Assembly: GCA_963514005.1 (NCBI GenBank)
Contig: OY740802.1
Span: 7,378,001-7,442,000, forward strand
DNA length: 64,000 nucleotides
Reading direction: 5' to 3'
From: Raja brachyura
Lineage: Eukaryota
Below are positions 12,232-25,020 of this stretch, piece after piece. The translations under genes and the position numbers were made by a program. Numbering within the stretch: the stretch's first letter is position 1; every line of letters begins with the position of its first letter. The notes beneath the pieces were generated by a model, which saw only the letters and a list, made by a program, of their open reading frames with translations, had not been told where the DNA came from and made no database searches.

Positions 12232-13169
12232 ATATAAATCACTCTCTGAGAGATGCTGATTTATTGATAAAATAATAGATGAGTGCTCTCAATCTTGACT
12301 GTAGGCCTGCAGCCTTGCAGATTATCAACAGTACTTTGCCTAGGATGTAAGGGATGTTATTAGCTTTTAAATAGACCAATTGGTACCTGTAATCATAAAT
12401 ATTTTACCAAAAGCATTGAAAGTCATAGAATCATACAACATGGAAACAAGCCCTTCGGCCTAACTTGCCCACGCCGACCAACATGCCCCATCTACACTAG
12501 TCCCACCTTTCTGTGTTTGGCCCATATCCCTTCAAACCTATCCTATCCATCGCCTGTCTAAATGCCTCTTAAATGTTCCAATAGTATCTGCCTCGGCTTC
12601 CTCCATCAGCAGCTCGTTCCATACACCCACCGGCCTTTGTGTAAAAAATAAAGTTACCCCTCAGGTTCCTATTAAACCTTTCCCCCCCTTACCTTAAACC
12701 TATGTCCTCTGGTTCTCGATTCCCCCTTACTCTGTGCAAAAGACTCTGTACATCTACCCGCCTATTCCTCTCAAAATTTCTAACCTCTATAAGATTACCT
12801 CTCATCCCCCTGCGCTCCAAGGAATAGACTCCTAGTGACTGATGATTAATGAATAAAGGCGGATGTCTAAAATAAATCGTATGTCCCTAGAATCTGTTGG
12901 TGAGACTTATTGTGACCTGATTGCATTTAATCTGGTAAATTAAAAATATTACTTAGTATTTATAAAGTATCTCTTTCCTGGGGCTATATATGGTGGTTAG
13001 TTCTTCGAGAAAGAGTATTTTATGCATTGTGTGCCATGGATTTAATTATCTGCTTCCAGTCTTGTTTAAAACAACACCCTAAAGATACAAAGAGAAGACA
13101 CAAAGTGCTGGAGTAACTCAGCGCATCAGGTAGCATCTCTGGAGAACATGTGCATGTGTTGTTCCCCCT

Positions 13170-13716
13170 TCTGATTGTGGACTTTGGAAGGAGTAGGATG
13201 GGGACCCACAGTCCCGTTTATATCAACGGGTCGATGGTTGAAAGGGTCAAGAGCTTCAAATTCCTGGGCGTGCACATCTCTGAAGATCTTTCCTGGTCCG
13301 AGAACACAGATGCAATTATTAAGAAAGCTCATCTGCGCCTCTACTTCCTGAGAAGATTACGGAGAGTTGGTCTGTCAAGGAGGAGTCTCTCTAACTTCTA
13401 CAGGTGCACAGTAGAGAGCTTGCTGACCGGTTGCATCGTGACTTGGTTCGGCAACTTGAGTGCCCTGGAGAGGAAAAGACTACAAAAAGTAGTAAACACT
13501 GCCCAGTCCATCATCGGCTCTGACCTTCCTTCCATCGAGGGGATCTACCACAGTCGCTGCCTCAAAAAGGCTGGCAGCATCATCAAGGACCCACACCACC
13601 CTGGCCACACACTCATCTCCCTGCTACCTTCAGGTAGAAGGAACAGGAGCCTGAGGACTGCAATGACCCGGTTCAAGAATAGCTACTTCCCCACAGCCAT
13701 CAGGCTATTAAACTAA
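13170..13716 (+). mobile_element. Rex1/Babar-type LINE 3' ORF fragment inserted in a Penelope mini-element
   Basis: LIVDFGR...[14 protein letters not shown]...LRRLRR...AIRLLN, near-identical to 59098-59604. Confidence 0.9.
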
Positions 13717-14139
13717 ACTTAGCAGTGTGAGATACTGCCTGACCCGCTGCATTACTCCAGCACTTTGTGTCTTCTTTTCTATAAATCGACACCTGCAGTT
13801 CCATATATCTCCTTCATGTTTGTATGCTTGGAAATGGCACTGCTATTCGTTGAAAACCTCGTTGGTTTAAAGGGCAGAAATTTGATCGAGTGCCAATATT
13901 TTGTAAAATTTTCAATGAACATAATTCAGCAAATTTTTATTAATGACATTTATATGAGTACCGGCCTTTATTTGCATTCCAAAACTCCTTGGTGATGGGA
14001 AGGGTGTAATTGGGAGTGTGGAGAATGATATTAATGCGTTAAGATCCTATTATCTTTTGATAGGCACAAAATGCTGGAGTACCTCAGTCGGTCAGGCAGC
14101 ATCCCTGGAGAACATGGATAGGTGGCATCTTGGGTCAGT

Positions 14140-14440
14140 CTGGAGATACAGCACGGAAACAGGCCCTTTGGCCCACCGGATCCGCGCCGACCAGCGATCC
14201 CTGCACACTAAGACTAACCTATGGACACTAGGGAGAATTTACACATACACCAAGCCAATTAACCTACCATCCTGCACGTCTTTGGAGTGTGGGGGCAAAC
14301 CAAAGATCTCGCAGAAAACCCATGCGGTCACGGGGCAAAGGTACAAACGACATGCAGACAGCACCCGTAGTCGGGATCGAACCAGGGTCCCCGGCGCTGT
14401 AAGCACAGTGAGGGGCGACTCTTCCGCTGCGCCACCGTGA
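14140..14440 (-). mobile_element. HE1/V-SINE-type SINE inserted in the centre of a Penelope palindrome (about 14060-14560)
   Basis: SINE flanked by ggcacaaaatgctggag... and ...ctccagcactttgtgcc inverted arms. Confidence 0.8.
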
Positions 14441-14596
14441 CCCCCCTGAGTCCTGACCAAGATTGTTGCTTATCCATGCTCTCCAGAGATTCTGCCTGAC
14501 CAGCTGAATTACTCCAGCACTTTGTGCCTGTCTTCAGTGTGAACCAGCATCTGCAGTTCCTCGTGATCGAAATAGTCTTTTGTTGATATCTTGCAG

Positions 14597-14685
14597 TGAG
14601 TGCAACAGCAACCGAGACTCGGTGCTTTCATACACCAGTGACCGTAGTCGAAGCTCCTATCTGGGAAGCGATGAGATGGGATCAG
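14597..14685 (+). CDS. PREX1: PREX1 exon: [31 protein letters not shown]
   Basis: ttgcag acceptor, g|gtgaga donor; near-identical to remembered P-Rex1 [15 protein letters not shown], which distinguishes it from P-Rex2. Confidence 0.96.
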
Positions 14686-14770
14686 GTGAGACTTTCTTCC
14701 AAGTAAACTCTTATCACTTTTATTGTTGCAATCGCAGTAGCAATTCTGTGGCCGAAACTGTGCCCGACCA

Positions 14771-15248
14771 GACTGATTCCTGGGATGTCAGGACTTTCAT
14801 ATGAGGAAAGATTGGATAGACTCGGCTTGTACTTGCTGGAATTTAGAAGATTGAGGGGGGATCTTATAGAAACTTACAAAATTCTTAAGGGGTTGGACAA
14901 GCTAAATGCTGGAAGATTGTTCCCGATGTTGGGGGAGTCCAGAACAAGGGGTCACAGTCTAAGGATAAGGGGGAATTCCTTTAGGACCGAGATGAGGAAA
15001 ACATTCTTTACACAGAGAGTGGTGAGTCTCTGGAATTCTCTGCCACAGAAGGTAGTCGAGGCCAGTTCATTGGCTATATTTAAGAGGGCGTTAGATGTGG
15101 CACTTGTGGCTAAGGGGATCAGAGGGTATGGGGAGAAGGCAGGTACGGGATACTGAGTTGGATGATCAGCCATGATCATATTGAATGGCGGTGCAGGCTC
15201 GAAGGGCCGAATGGCCTACTCCTGCACCTATTTTCCTATGTTTCTATG
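14771..15248 (+). mobile_element. CR1/HER1 LINE 3' end
   Basis: [14 protein letters not shown]...GYGEKAGTGY* plus tail. Confidence 0.9.
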
Positions 15249-17028
15249 TTAACAAACTTATCATTTGGGTTGGTTTTCACCATAAATTTCAAGACTATGC
15301 AACGGTGACTTGTTTTCAGAAGAGGGTTTCTGCCAATATTTGCATTTGTAATTGATGTTACCTCTGCCACCACTGTTAACCACAGTGTACCTTGTCTTAA
15401 TAGTGTATTGTTTAAAACTAAAACGTCTAGATTTATGGAATGGAAAACAAATTTGCCCCAATAGTTAACTTTTACTCTACATTTTTTTGCATGGATTTCG
15501 ATGTTAGCCAGTTTTCTTTTAACCACAGAAGAAGCTGAAGTCACTTCCACCTATATGTTCAAGTTCTTAAGTTCTAGGAGCCCGAATGTGGCCATTCATA
15601 TCCACTGACTTGGCCTCTACAGCCTTCGGTGGCAAAGAATTCCACAGATTCACCACCCTCTGACTAAGTTTTGTTTTGTAATATTTGTCAGAACCTGGTG
15701 GTGTGGCGTGGCTGTTAATGTTCTCTAAAGTACGGTATTATCTCCACACTGCTGGAAACTCTCTCCCATTGAGAATAGAAATGGGGAGACCTCCCTCATG
15801 CCTCCACAGTCGTCCTTGGTAGGAATCTCCAAAGATTGACTGACCTCTGAGTGCAGATGTTGTTGCTTCCCATTTTGCATCCTCGAGGCTCAAGTGTTAT
15901 TTTGACACCAAGTGCTGGAGTAACTCTGTAGGCCAGGTCGAGACCATTCCTTCAGACTGATTGTGAAGAAGGGCCCCGACCCGAAATGTCACCTGTCCAC
16001 GTTCTCCAGAGATGCTGCCTGACCCGCGTAGTTACTCCAGCACTTTGTGTCTTTGTTTTTTGTAAAGCAGCATCTGCAGTTCCTTGTTTTGACATTCTTC
16101 CTTATTTTGACCCCTTGGTTCTTGATACCCAAACTAGGTGGGACTCCATCATTGCCCTTCATTCTTCCGTGCTCAAATATAGGCCACATCTGCTTAATCT
16201 TTACTGGTACGACAAACCTAACGTCCTGGCAAACAAATTTAACACACAGTTAACATTTTCTCTACATTTTTTTGGATGGGTTGTGATATTAGTCCCTTTT
16301 ATTTCAACCGCAAAAGCAGCTGAAGTCACTTCCACCTATCTGGCTCCCTCGAGTTTTATGTTTCACTCCTCTCCTTTTCTGATGAACCTTTAGTGGTGAA
16401 TCTTTGCTGCACTCTCTCTCTGTCGCAAGTGTATCAGCGGCGTTGCAGCTCCAGCTCTAAGTTGTGTTCCAAATGCAGACTCCACCAGGACCTAACAACT
16501 AGACATCTCTATTCCCACAACAACAAGGCCATCAAATCATTTGCCTCCATAATCGGTTGTTATCTCCGCATGTTAACTCCAGGTGCCTTGTACGTGAGGC
16601 AACCAAGGTCCTGCTGAGCATCAGCACCTTATAATCTCTCACCAATTATAAAAACACTCTTGTCTTTGTATTTTTGTGCCAACGTGGATGATCTTGCCTT
16701 TTTCGTCACCTATTCCTTCGCTCCATAGAAGATGCTGCCTCACCCACTGAGTCCCTCCAGCATTTTTGTCTATCTTTGCCTTTTTCCATGTTATATTTGA
16801 CCAGCCATATCCTCTTCCATTCATTCGACCTATTTTGCCCTTCTCCAAAACTCCACACAACCCACTAATAGCAGCCCCGGAGTATAAGTTTGTGAAACTA
16901 GCATCTCGGGGGCATTTTCTATCGCGACCGTCTTGTATATAACATGAAGATGAAAATCAGATCATATCTTTGCCAACTGTTGTAATTTTATTTTAGCAAA
17001 TTATTTTTTTCCTCTCACTTTATAAAAG

Positions 17029-17111
17029 GGGATGAACTTCCTTGTGACATGAGGATTCCTCTTGATAAACAGGACAAATTACACGGTTGCCTCGAACATC
17101 TCTTCAATCAG
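17029..17111 (+). CDS. PREX1: PREX1 exon: [27 protein letters not shown]
   Basis: aag acceptor after a pyrimidine tract, cag|gtacgg donor; phase continuous. Confidence 0.95.
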
Positions 17112-17254
17112 GTACGGATAGCATATCCATTCATGTCAAATTTTGCCTCTTACACCAAGTTGCCACCCTTCAACGGTATTTTATTGTCACGTGTATCTCT
17201 AAAACGAAAAACTATAATAAATTTGCTGAAATCGTATGAACATAGAAGCAAAGA

Positions 17255-17920
17255 CATGTTGCCAGGCCTGAACAGCACCTTGCGAACCATCACTGGGGGC
17301 CTTCACCCTACTCCAGTCGAGCAGCTCCCTATACTTGCAGACATTCCGCCTGCAGGGATCTGAAGGCAAGCAGCAACTCTGGCACTATCTCGTCGTGCCA
17401 TGGACCCAGAGCACCTCCTCCATCGGGCTATCAGCAGAGAGCAGAGGCCACCCCGACTGAAGTCCCGTCACCCCTTTGCTCCACATGGGAAACAATTCCT
17501 CGCATCCATCCAGCCAACTGAGACAAAAGCACACTGGACAGCCACCAAGTGGTCACAGGAGTGGAAGGCAACCTCATCTCCATTACACAGCGACATCTCT
17601 TCACCAGATAAAAGCTGTCCAGGGTCTGACCTCCCCAGAGGAGCGTGGGTGAAGCTCAACAGACTTGGTACTGGAGTTGGGCGTTTCGACGCCAGCATGT
17701 GGAGATGGGGTCTCTGCCAGAGCCCAGCCTGTGAATGCAGAGCAGAACAACAGACAACCAACCATGTCATCTCTGGGTGCCCGCTCTACCACCCACCAAA
17801 TGGAGCTCAGGGCCTGGCAGACATTGTCGCCAACAGAGACAACAACCTGGCTGCTCAACACCCGGCTTGAGATCTAACTATTCCTTGGGTTTATGTTTCA
17901 TTCGCAAGAAGAAGAAGAAG
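17255..17920 (+). mobile_element. Vingi/Ingi-like LINE 3' fragment
   Basis: [12 protein letters not shown]...RLKSRHPF...WVKLNRLGTGVGRF...CEC...QTTNHVISGCP zinc knuckle; internal stop; ends cattcgc(aag)n. Confidence 0.7.
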
Positions 17921-18239
17921 TGTACCAAAGTACAGTGAAATTCTTGTTTGCAAACAGTTCAGTGACAATCCTACTGTGCATGAGGCATATCATACTCGGT
18001 CTAAGAGTGCGCCATGGAAGCCAACACTGAGTCAGAATGCACAAACTCACCGTGGTTTTAACGCCAACTTGTACTCTTCAATTTTGAGTTTTTTTTAACA
18101 AAAGATTGTTCGTGTCTTAGCTTGGCCATCAAGGCCCGTTGTCCTGGTGATCGCACCGGGTCAGTGTTGCAGGGGTCGGCCTGGCTTGGCAACGTGTCAT
18201 TGAGTCCACGTTTTGGAGACGCGTTTAATTTCAGCAAAT

Positions 18240-18325
18240 TTAGGTTTAGAGATACAACGCGGAAACAGGCCCTTTGGCCCGACGAGCCCGCGCCGACCAG
18301 CGAATCCTGCACACTGACACTAGCC

Positions 18326-18363
<38 letters not shown>

Positions 18364-18527
18364 GAACAATTTACATTGATACCAAGCCAATTAACCCACT
18401 ATGTGGGAGGAAACCGAAGATCTCGGACAAAACATACGCAGGTCACGGGGAGATGGTACACCCGGAGTCGGGATCGAACCCGGGCCCTCGGAGCTGTAAG
18501 GCAGCAACTCTACCGCTGCGCCACCAC
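18240..18527 (-). mobile_element. HE1/V-SINE-type SINE with internal (CA)n
   Basis: Same architecture; (CA)n at about 18331-18360. Confidence 0.8.
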
Positions 18528-18564
18528 ATTGTTCTTCATTGTGACCCCTTTGCTTGAGTTCCAG

Positions 18565-18655
18565 GTGGATTCAATCGACGCACTTCTCAAGGGCTCAGTT
18601 ATGGTCAAGGCTTTTGAAGAGACAAATGACATTAATACAGAATATAATGTACAAG
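18565..18655 (+). CDS. PREX1: PREX1 exon: VDSIDALLKGSVMVKAFEETNDINTEYNVQ
   Basis: ttccag acceptor, g|gtaac donor. Confidence 0.94.
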
Positions 18656-19814
18656 GTAACGTATGCATTCGTGATAAAATAAATTATTATTTCTATCTTC
18701 TAGTTTGAATGTTGCATTTAAATGTTAAAGACTCTAACTTCTCCATTTGCATCTGTCTTTGCAAATATTTCCTCATTTGGAATGTGCGTTTAAAAAAAAA
18801 AAGATTATCTTGACTGATCTCCCTGCAATGTAGGTTTAGGTTTAAATTTAGGTTTATTATTGTCACCGGTGATCTGTGAAAGGCTTTGTTTTGCAGGCTA
18901 TCTAAACAGATCAGGTATACTGTACATGAGAACAATCAGGTCAAACTCGAGTACAATATGTAGAGCAAGGGGGAAGGTGCAGGATGCAGTTCTCAGCATT
19001 GGAGCGCATCAGTTCTAGAACCCGATAGAGGTCCAATGGTGTAGATGTGAATCGGACGGTACTCCAGCTTATGGAAGCTTATGATTAACGCTCGCTTATT
19101 ATTTTTGTTTTCAAATGAGTGCTGAATTATTTTACATGGATTGATGTTCCTGTGGTAGCATCAACGATTAGAAGGTGTCTCGACCCGAAACGTCGCCAAT
19201 TCCTTCTCTCACCCGCTGAGTTTCTCCAGCATTTTTTCAGTCTACCTTTGATTTTTCCAGCACCTACAGTTCTTTCTTAAAGTTTTTGTCTACCCTCAAC
19301 GATGACTAAGTTGGGGGGGTGGGGGTGGTGAAAATGTACCACTTAATGGGGTGAGCAGTCTGAAATATGGGGCCGATCAACGGGGGCAAATGTTCTTGTC
19401 CTTTGGTGACCAAGATGAGTTTTTACCAACAATACAATTTCCATTTTGTGCGTGATCAGCCACGATCACATTGAATGGCGGTGCAGGCTCGAAGGGCCGA
19501 ATGGTCTACTCCTGCACCTATTGTCTATTTCTCACCATATCCCTTGATTCCATTAACCCAAAGAGGTGTATCTAACGCTCTTGAAACCATCCAGTGAATC
19601 GGCCTCCACTGCCTTCTGTGGCAGAGAATTCCACCTTTTTGGTTTATACAATTGAGCTTGCAGCAAAGTTCGATTTCCTATTCTGTACAGCATTGGTGCA
19701 CCTCCAGATGACATGTTGCTTACACAAGCATTGTAGCTCTGTACCATAGCTCTGTAAACATTCATGAAAGTTATTAAGGATGTTGTGGTCACTGACTTCT
19801 TCAAATCTCTTTAG

Positions 19815-19943
19815 AATTTCAACAGAAGGTTGACCGGAACATAAAATGTCGAAGTATCATCCAAACTAATGTGCAGGAAGACCCTTGGAACTTGCCTTGT
19901 TCAATCACCGCTCTGGTGGCCAATGTACAGGAGTATGTGGAAG
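19815..19943 (+). CDS. PREX1: PREX1 exon: [43 protein letters not shown]
   Basis: ctttag acceptor, g|gtcagt donor; QEDPWNLP motif; absent from the ORF track, found by manual translation. Confidence 0.93.
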
Positions 19944-20721
19944 GTCAGTGATATATTTGCTATGAATTACTGGAACAACTGTTGCAGTCTGGCCATTCAG
20001 TATTTTTGATCATAATTTTAATGACAACCGCATAAATGAACCCATTCAAATCGTTTTTGCACACTTTCAGTATTTTGGTGCCGTACGGCATGATCGAACA
20101 TTTTCCATGTCACCGACCCCACCGATTCACGTAACATTTCCCCAGTGTATCAAAAGATTCGTCAACTCCACCTTGATATGAATAGTCACATTTGTCACGT
20201 GTGCAATTGCCCAGTGAAATTCATTTTGCATATATTTCACATGTGGGCGCCACCATTTATGGCGCCATTATTCAAAGTCTGCTCGGCCCGATGTACTGGA
20301 GCAGTCCCCGCGTATTAACGTCCCCCTCCTCTGCTCGCCCGGCTGTCGTCGTGGCCCGCGGGCGCCTCCTGCAGGCCGACCGTGAAGGCGCTGGGATCAT
20401 TACTCCGGTTCACCCACTCACCGGCCCTTGCTCCTCACGTCCGACATCTCCAGCGCCCTCCCGGTTTCACCGTCCGACACGCCTTCAGGCGAGGTCCCAC
20501 TGACCGACGAGCCTGAAGTGCATTCGAGTCAGTATCTGTAATTCTCAGATGGCAAAGTCCAAAAAGCTCCAAATGCCTGTGCAAAGATATTTCCTCTTGC
20601 CGGCTTAAGTGAATGATCACTCACGCTGATACTTCCAGACACTTCAGCCTGAGCGTTTCATAACCTGTTGCCCTCCGCAGCATTGAAGCTGTGTTTCCCT
20701 GAGGATTTCATGACTTCATTG

Positions 20722-21518
20722 GGCGGCATGATGGCCTCACAGCGCCTGAGACCTGAGTTTGATCCTGACCTCGGGTGCTGTCTGTATGGAGTTTGCACGT
20801 TCTGGCTGCGACTGCTTTTGCTTCCTATGGCTGCTCCGGTTTCCTCCCACACCCCAAAGACTCGCGGGTTTGCAGGTTAACTGGCCTCTTTAAATTGCCC
20901 CCCTAGTATGTCGGGTGTAGATGAGAAAATGGGATAACACAGAACTGGGGTGATCGATGGTCGGCATGGACGCGGTGGGCCGAAGGGCCTGTTTCCGGGC
21001 AGTATCTTTCAAACAATCTAATCATTCAGGTTGCAGAAAGCTCCAATTCAGTACTTGTTCCAAGAAACACTGGAATGCTTCAATATTGGAATCATTTTCT
21101 TTCGAACAAGTGTTAATCACTGTAATTAAGACACCGTTTTTAAACATGAATATATATTTTATTACTGCTGCAGCCTGTAGATGGTCATTTTTCATAAAAC
21201 GTGTAGATTTAGTTTAGTTAAGATACAGAGCGGAAACAGGCCCTTCGTCCCACCGAGTCCGCGCCGACCAGCGATCCCCACACATTAACGCTATCCTACA
21301 CACACTGGGGACAATTTACAATTATACCTAAGGCAATTAACCTACAAACCTGTACGTCTTTGGAGTGTGGGAGGAAACCGAAGACCTCGGAGAAAACCCA
21401 CACAGATCACGGGTTAATGTACAAACTCCGTACAGACAGCACCTGTAGTCGGGATCGAACCCGGTTCTCTGGGGCTGCAATCGCTGTGTGGCAGCAACTC
21501 TACCGCTGCACCGCCGTG
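20722..21518. mobile_element. Two SINEs tail-to-tail (+ 20722-21015, - 21207-21518)
   Basis: V-domain and CR1-like tails in opposite orientation. Confidence 0.8.
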
Positions 21519-22061
21519 CAAGTTATTCTTTAACTTGGAGCAGATGCCTGCGCTTTGGGATCTGTGTGCCTTACGCCTTAAAGTGCTGCAATTTCCAGTA
21601 ACTAACAAACTGCGTTTTTGTAACCAGCGGGTCCGTGGTTTACCACAGGGCCAAAGATGTCTTACGAATGTGTGGAAGTTTATAAATAGGCTGGCATCAT
21701 TGACAGGATAACATTATTATATTTTAAAAGTGTTTGTGCAGACATTCTGCATGGAATTATACGGCAGTTTAGTTTTATTGGACTGCTACGTAGTTTATAT
21801 TGCGACTATTTTCTTGTGACTTTGCCAAAGTTACGAGAGTGGAGACTTTTTGCACCGTTCTAAACTACAGCGGAGAAAATTAACGCTGAGCAGACCAGTG
21901 AGTTCCCACACATATTATGCAGTTTGACACCAAATGGTGAATTATGATCACAGCTGCACAATTCAGATTCTAGAAGAGATCTTTGCGATATTAGTTTAAA
22001 TGCACACTGCCGCAAGTGTATATTTTCTGATTTGATTATCGCACGTTCGAAGGAAAAGGTT

Positions 22062-22355
22062 GGCACACTGGCGCAGCTGGTAGAGCTGCTGCCTCACAGC
22101 GCCAGGGACCCAGGTTCGATTCTGACCTCGGATGCTGTCCTTGTGGAGCTTGCACGTTCTCCCCGCGACCACGTGGATTTCCTCCGGTTTCTTTCCACAT
22201 CCCAAAGACGAGCGGGTTTGTAGGTCAATTGGCCTCTGTAAATTGCCCCTCGGGTGTTGGGAGTGGGATAGCATGGAACTAGTGTGAAGAGGTGATCGAT
22301 GGTCGGCGTGGACTCAGTGGGCCGAAGGGCCTATATCCATGCTTCACTTCTAAAC
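22062..22355 (+). mobile_element. HE1/V-SINE-type SINE
   Basis: ggcacactggcgcagctggtagagctgctgcctcacagcgccaggg...tail. Confidence 0.85.
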
Positions 22356-22691
22356 TCTGTAAATTAAAATTCATTCCATGGCGTTAAACAGTTGTAAACA
22401 CGGCCAGACAGTGAGCTGTGTAATACCCAGCTGATCTAAACCACTCCATCCTCCTTCCCTTTTATTCCATTCCCTTCATTATTCTTCATTGTTTTCCTTT
22501 GCATGTTAAGCCTTCCCCTTTTCTCCAGTAGGATTTACCCTCCCACTGTTGTCCACAAGGCATTGGAGCAGAATTAGGCCATTTGGCCCATCATGAATGC
22601 TCCGCCATTCAATCATGGCTGATCTATTTTTCCTGCTTAACCTCATTCTCCTGCCCTCCTCCCCCGTGACCTTTGGCACCCTTCCTAATCA

Positions 22692-23018
22692 AAACATGTT
22701 CCCGATGTTGGGGGAGTCCAGAACCAGGGGCCACAGTTTAAGAATAAGGGGTAAGCCATTTAGAACGGAGGTGAGGAAACACTTTTTCACACAGAGAGTT
22801 GTGAGTCTGTGGAATTCTCTGCCTCAGAGGGCGGTGGAGGCTGGTTCTCTGGATACTTTCAAGAGAGAGCTAGATAGGACTCTTAAAGGTAGCGGAGTCA
22901 GGGGATATGGGGAGAAGGCAGGAACGGGGTACTGATTGGGGTTGATCAGCCATGATCACATTGAATGGCGGTGCTGGCTCGAAGGGCCGAATGGCCTACT
23001 CCTGCACCTATTGTCTAA
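22692..23018 (+). mobile_element. CR1/HER1 LINE 3' end
   Basis: NMFPMLGESRTRGHSLRIRGKPF...GTGY*. Confidence 0.88.
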
Positions 23019-23223
23019 TGTTTCCCATGTTATGCTTCTGTCTTGTCATACACTGTTGCTCCAGTTTACTCTGGCAACTTTGCATGCACCTTGACTAGGT
23101 CATTGTACTTAATCTTTGCGAGCCATGAAAGCAACAGTTCCAATATTGAATAAACATTGCCAACTAATTTCCGAAATGTAAGATCTGGGCACTTCAGTGA
23201 CCTTTGTATACTTCTGTCCACAG

Positions 23224-23265
23224 ATGGGAAGAATCAGTTACTTCTGGCTCACCTACACTGTACAG
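23224..23265 (+). CDS. PREX1: PREX1 42-bp exon: DGKNQLLLAHLHCT
   Basis: ccacag acceptor, g|gtaaga donor; matches P-Rex1 DGKNQLLLALLKCT. Confidence 0.92.
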
Positions 23266-23943
23266 GTAAGAGGTGGTCTCCTCAGAAATGAGTGAGTCAC
23301 ATTGTCACACAGCATGGAAACAGGCCCTTCAGCTCAACTTGCCCACAGCGACCAACACGCCCCATCTACACTAGCCCCACTAGACTATGGTCAATCTGAG
23401 CAGGCTCATTGGCAAATGTTTTTGTAATTCATTTTTGACTTGGTTCCCTTCTGTTACAAGGATAGTGTTCAAAAGAACTCTGCTTCTTAAAAGTTAGAAT
23501 AATAGACCGGTCGATTGCAATAATAGAAGCACTGTGCACAATAAGTTGCTAATGGCATTATTAAAGATTCCAGATTCTAGTTCATTGTAAACAAAAGCAA
23601 AATGACTGAACTCCAACTTGTAGTATTTTCCTACAGTGGAGTGGTCTGAAAGGAACTGCTTTTCAATTTAGTAAAATCTGACTATATTTTGTAGTATAGT
23701 CACAGCACCCAATTGTAACAATGTTTGCAAGTTGGCGTGAGTTTTAGACAAACTGCAAAGTTAGCAATTAGCTACAACTTTTCAAAAAAAAATGTGATTT
23801 CAGTGAAATAAGTTTAACACTTTCCAAGGTGACAAAGTTGCTGTCCTGTGTGGCTCAAATACTGTGATTTAAATCAAATTAGACATATTTTATCGCCTTA
23901 TGAGTATGGACGTTGGGAGGTCATATTAGAATAATACAAGATT

Positions 23944-24492
23944 CTGGACCAAGTGCAGACCCCCCCCCCCCCCCCCCCCAAACGGTGTGGTCCCCCAACG
24001 CAATGTTCCACCACTCACCCGTTCCCCCAACGCAACTGAAGCCGTTCCCGAACATAAGATTCTAGCGCTCCCCTGCGTCCCTCAGCAATGGACTTTAAAA
24101 AATTCCAATTGTACCTCCCCTGCCCGCTGCAGCAGTTCCATTGCAATACCAATTGGCCCTCCCGCTCCTGTTGAAATATCCCATTGAGGTGAAAAGTTCA
24201 GAGTGTTCCTGTCTTGCAACTTTGTATCGATGTGTGTTGAAAGCTGGGAGGAAGGATTTTAACAGTAAAAATCTGGTTAAAGTTGGCATTTTTAAAGCTT
24301 TAATCGCGAATAACTTTGGAAATATAGATGGCAATGTGATGGGAAGATATTTATCGCCACCGCGGGAAACATGAGTAGGATGTGTAAAAATGGGAAGGCT
24401 GTGGCCTAGCGTTTGGAAGAAGATAGCAATTAACCAGATTGACACAGAGACACATCGTGGGCACAAACACAAGAGTTTTAGTTATGAATAGA
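23944..24492 (-). mobile_element. Probable non-autonomous Helitron
   Basis: Minus strand begins TCTATTCATAACTAAAACTC next to a (GATA)n run and ends ...GTCTGCACTTGGTCCAG (CTAG-like); no TIR or TSD. Confidence 0.45.
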
Positions 24493-24524
24493 TAGATAGA
24501 TAGATAGATGGAGTGATAGACAGA

Positions 24525-25020
24525 GTATTGTATTCAGTTCTGGGCACCATGTTATGGGAAAGATGTTGTCAAGCTGGAAAAGCTGCAGAGCGGACTTACA
24601 AGGATGTTGCCAGGACTCGTGGGCCTGAGATATATGGAGCGGTTGAGCAGGCTAGGACACTTCTTTGGAGTGCAGGTGAATGAGGGGTGATTTTGTCGAG
24701 GTGCACAATTTCATGAGTGGAATCGATCGAGTAAATGGAGTGGATTGAGTCTTTTGCCCAGGGTAGGGGAATCGAGAACCAGAGGACATGGGTTTAAGGT
24801 GAGGGGGAAAAGATGTAATAGGAACCCGAGGGGTAACTATTTTACACAAAGGTTGGAAGGTGTATGGAACGAGCTGCCAGAGGAGGTAGTTTAGGCAGGT
24901 ACAATGACAATATTTAAGACACATTTACACAGGTATTTTGATAGGATAGGTTTGGAGGGAAATGGACCAAAAGCAGGCAGATGTGACATGTTGGAAAGTT
25001 GGGCCGAAGGGCCTGTTTCC
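24525..25020 (+). mobile_element. Older CR1 LINE 3' fragment
   Basis: gagtattgtattcagttctgggcacca...aggatgttgccaggactc...gggccgaagggcctgtttcc. Confidence 0.8.

Noticed and set aside
13150-13716. 188-aa ORF as a host gene (DUF1891/ALKBH8-N-like)
   Set aside because: Near-identical copies at 57105-57413 and 59098-59625 follow an RT domain; it is the C-terminus of a Rex1/Babar LINE.
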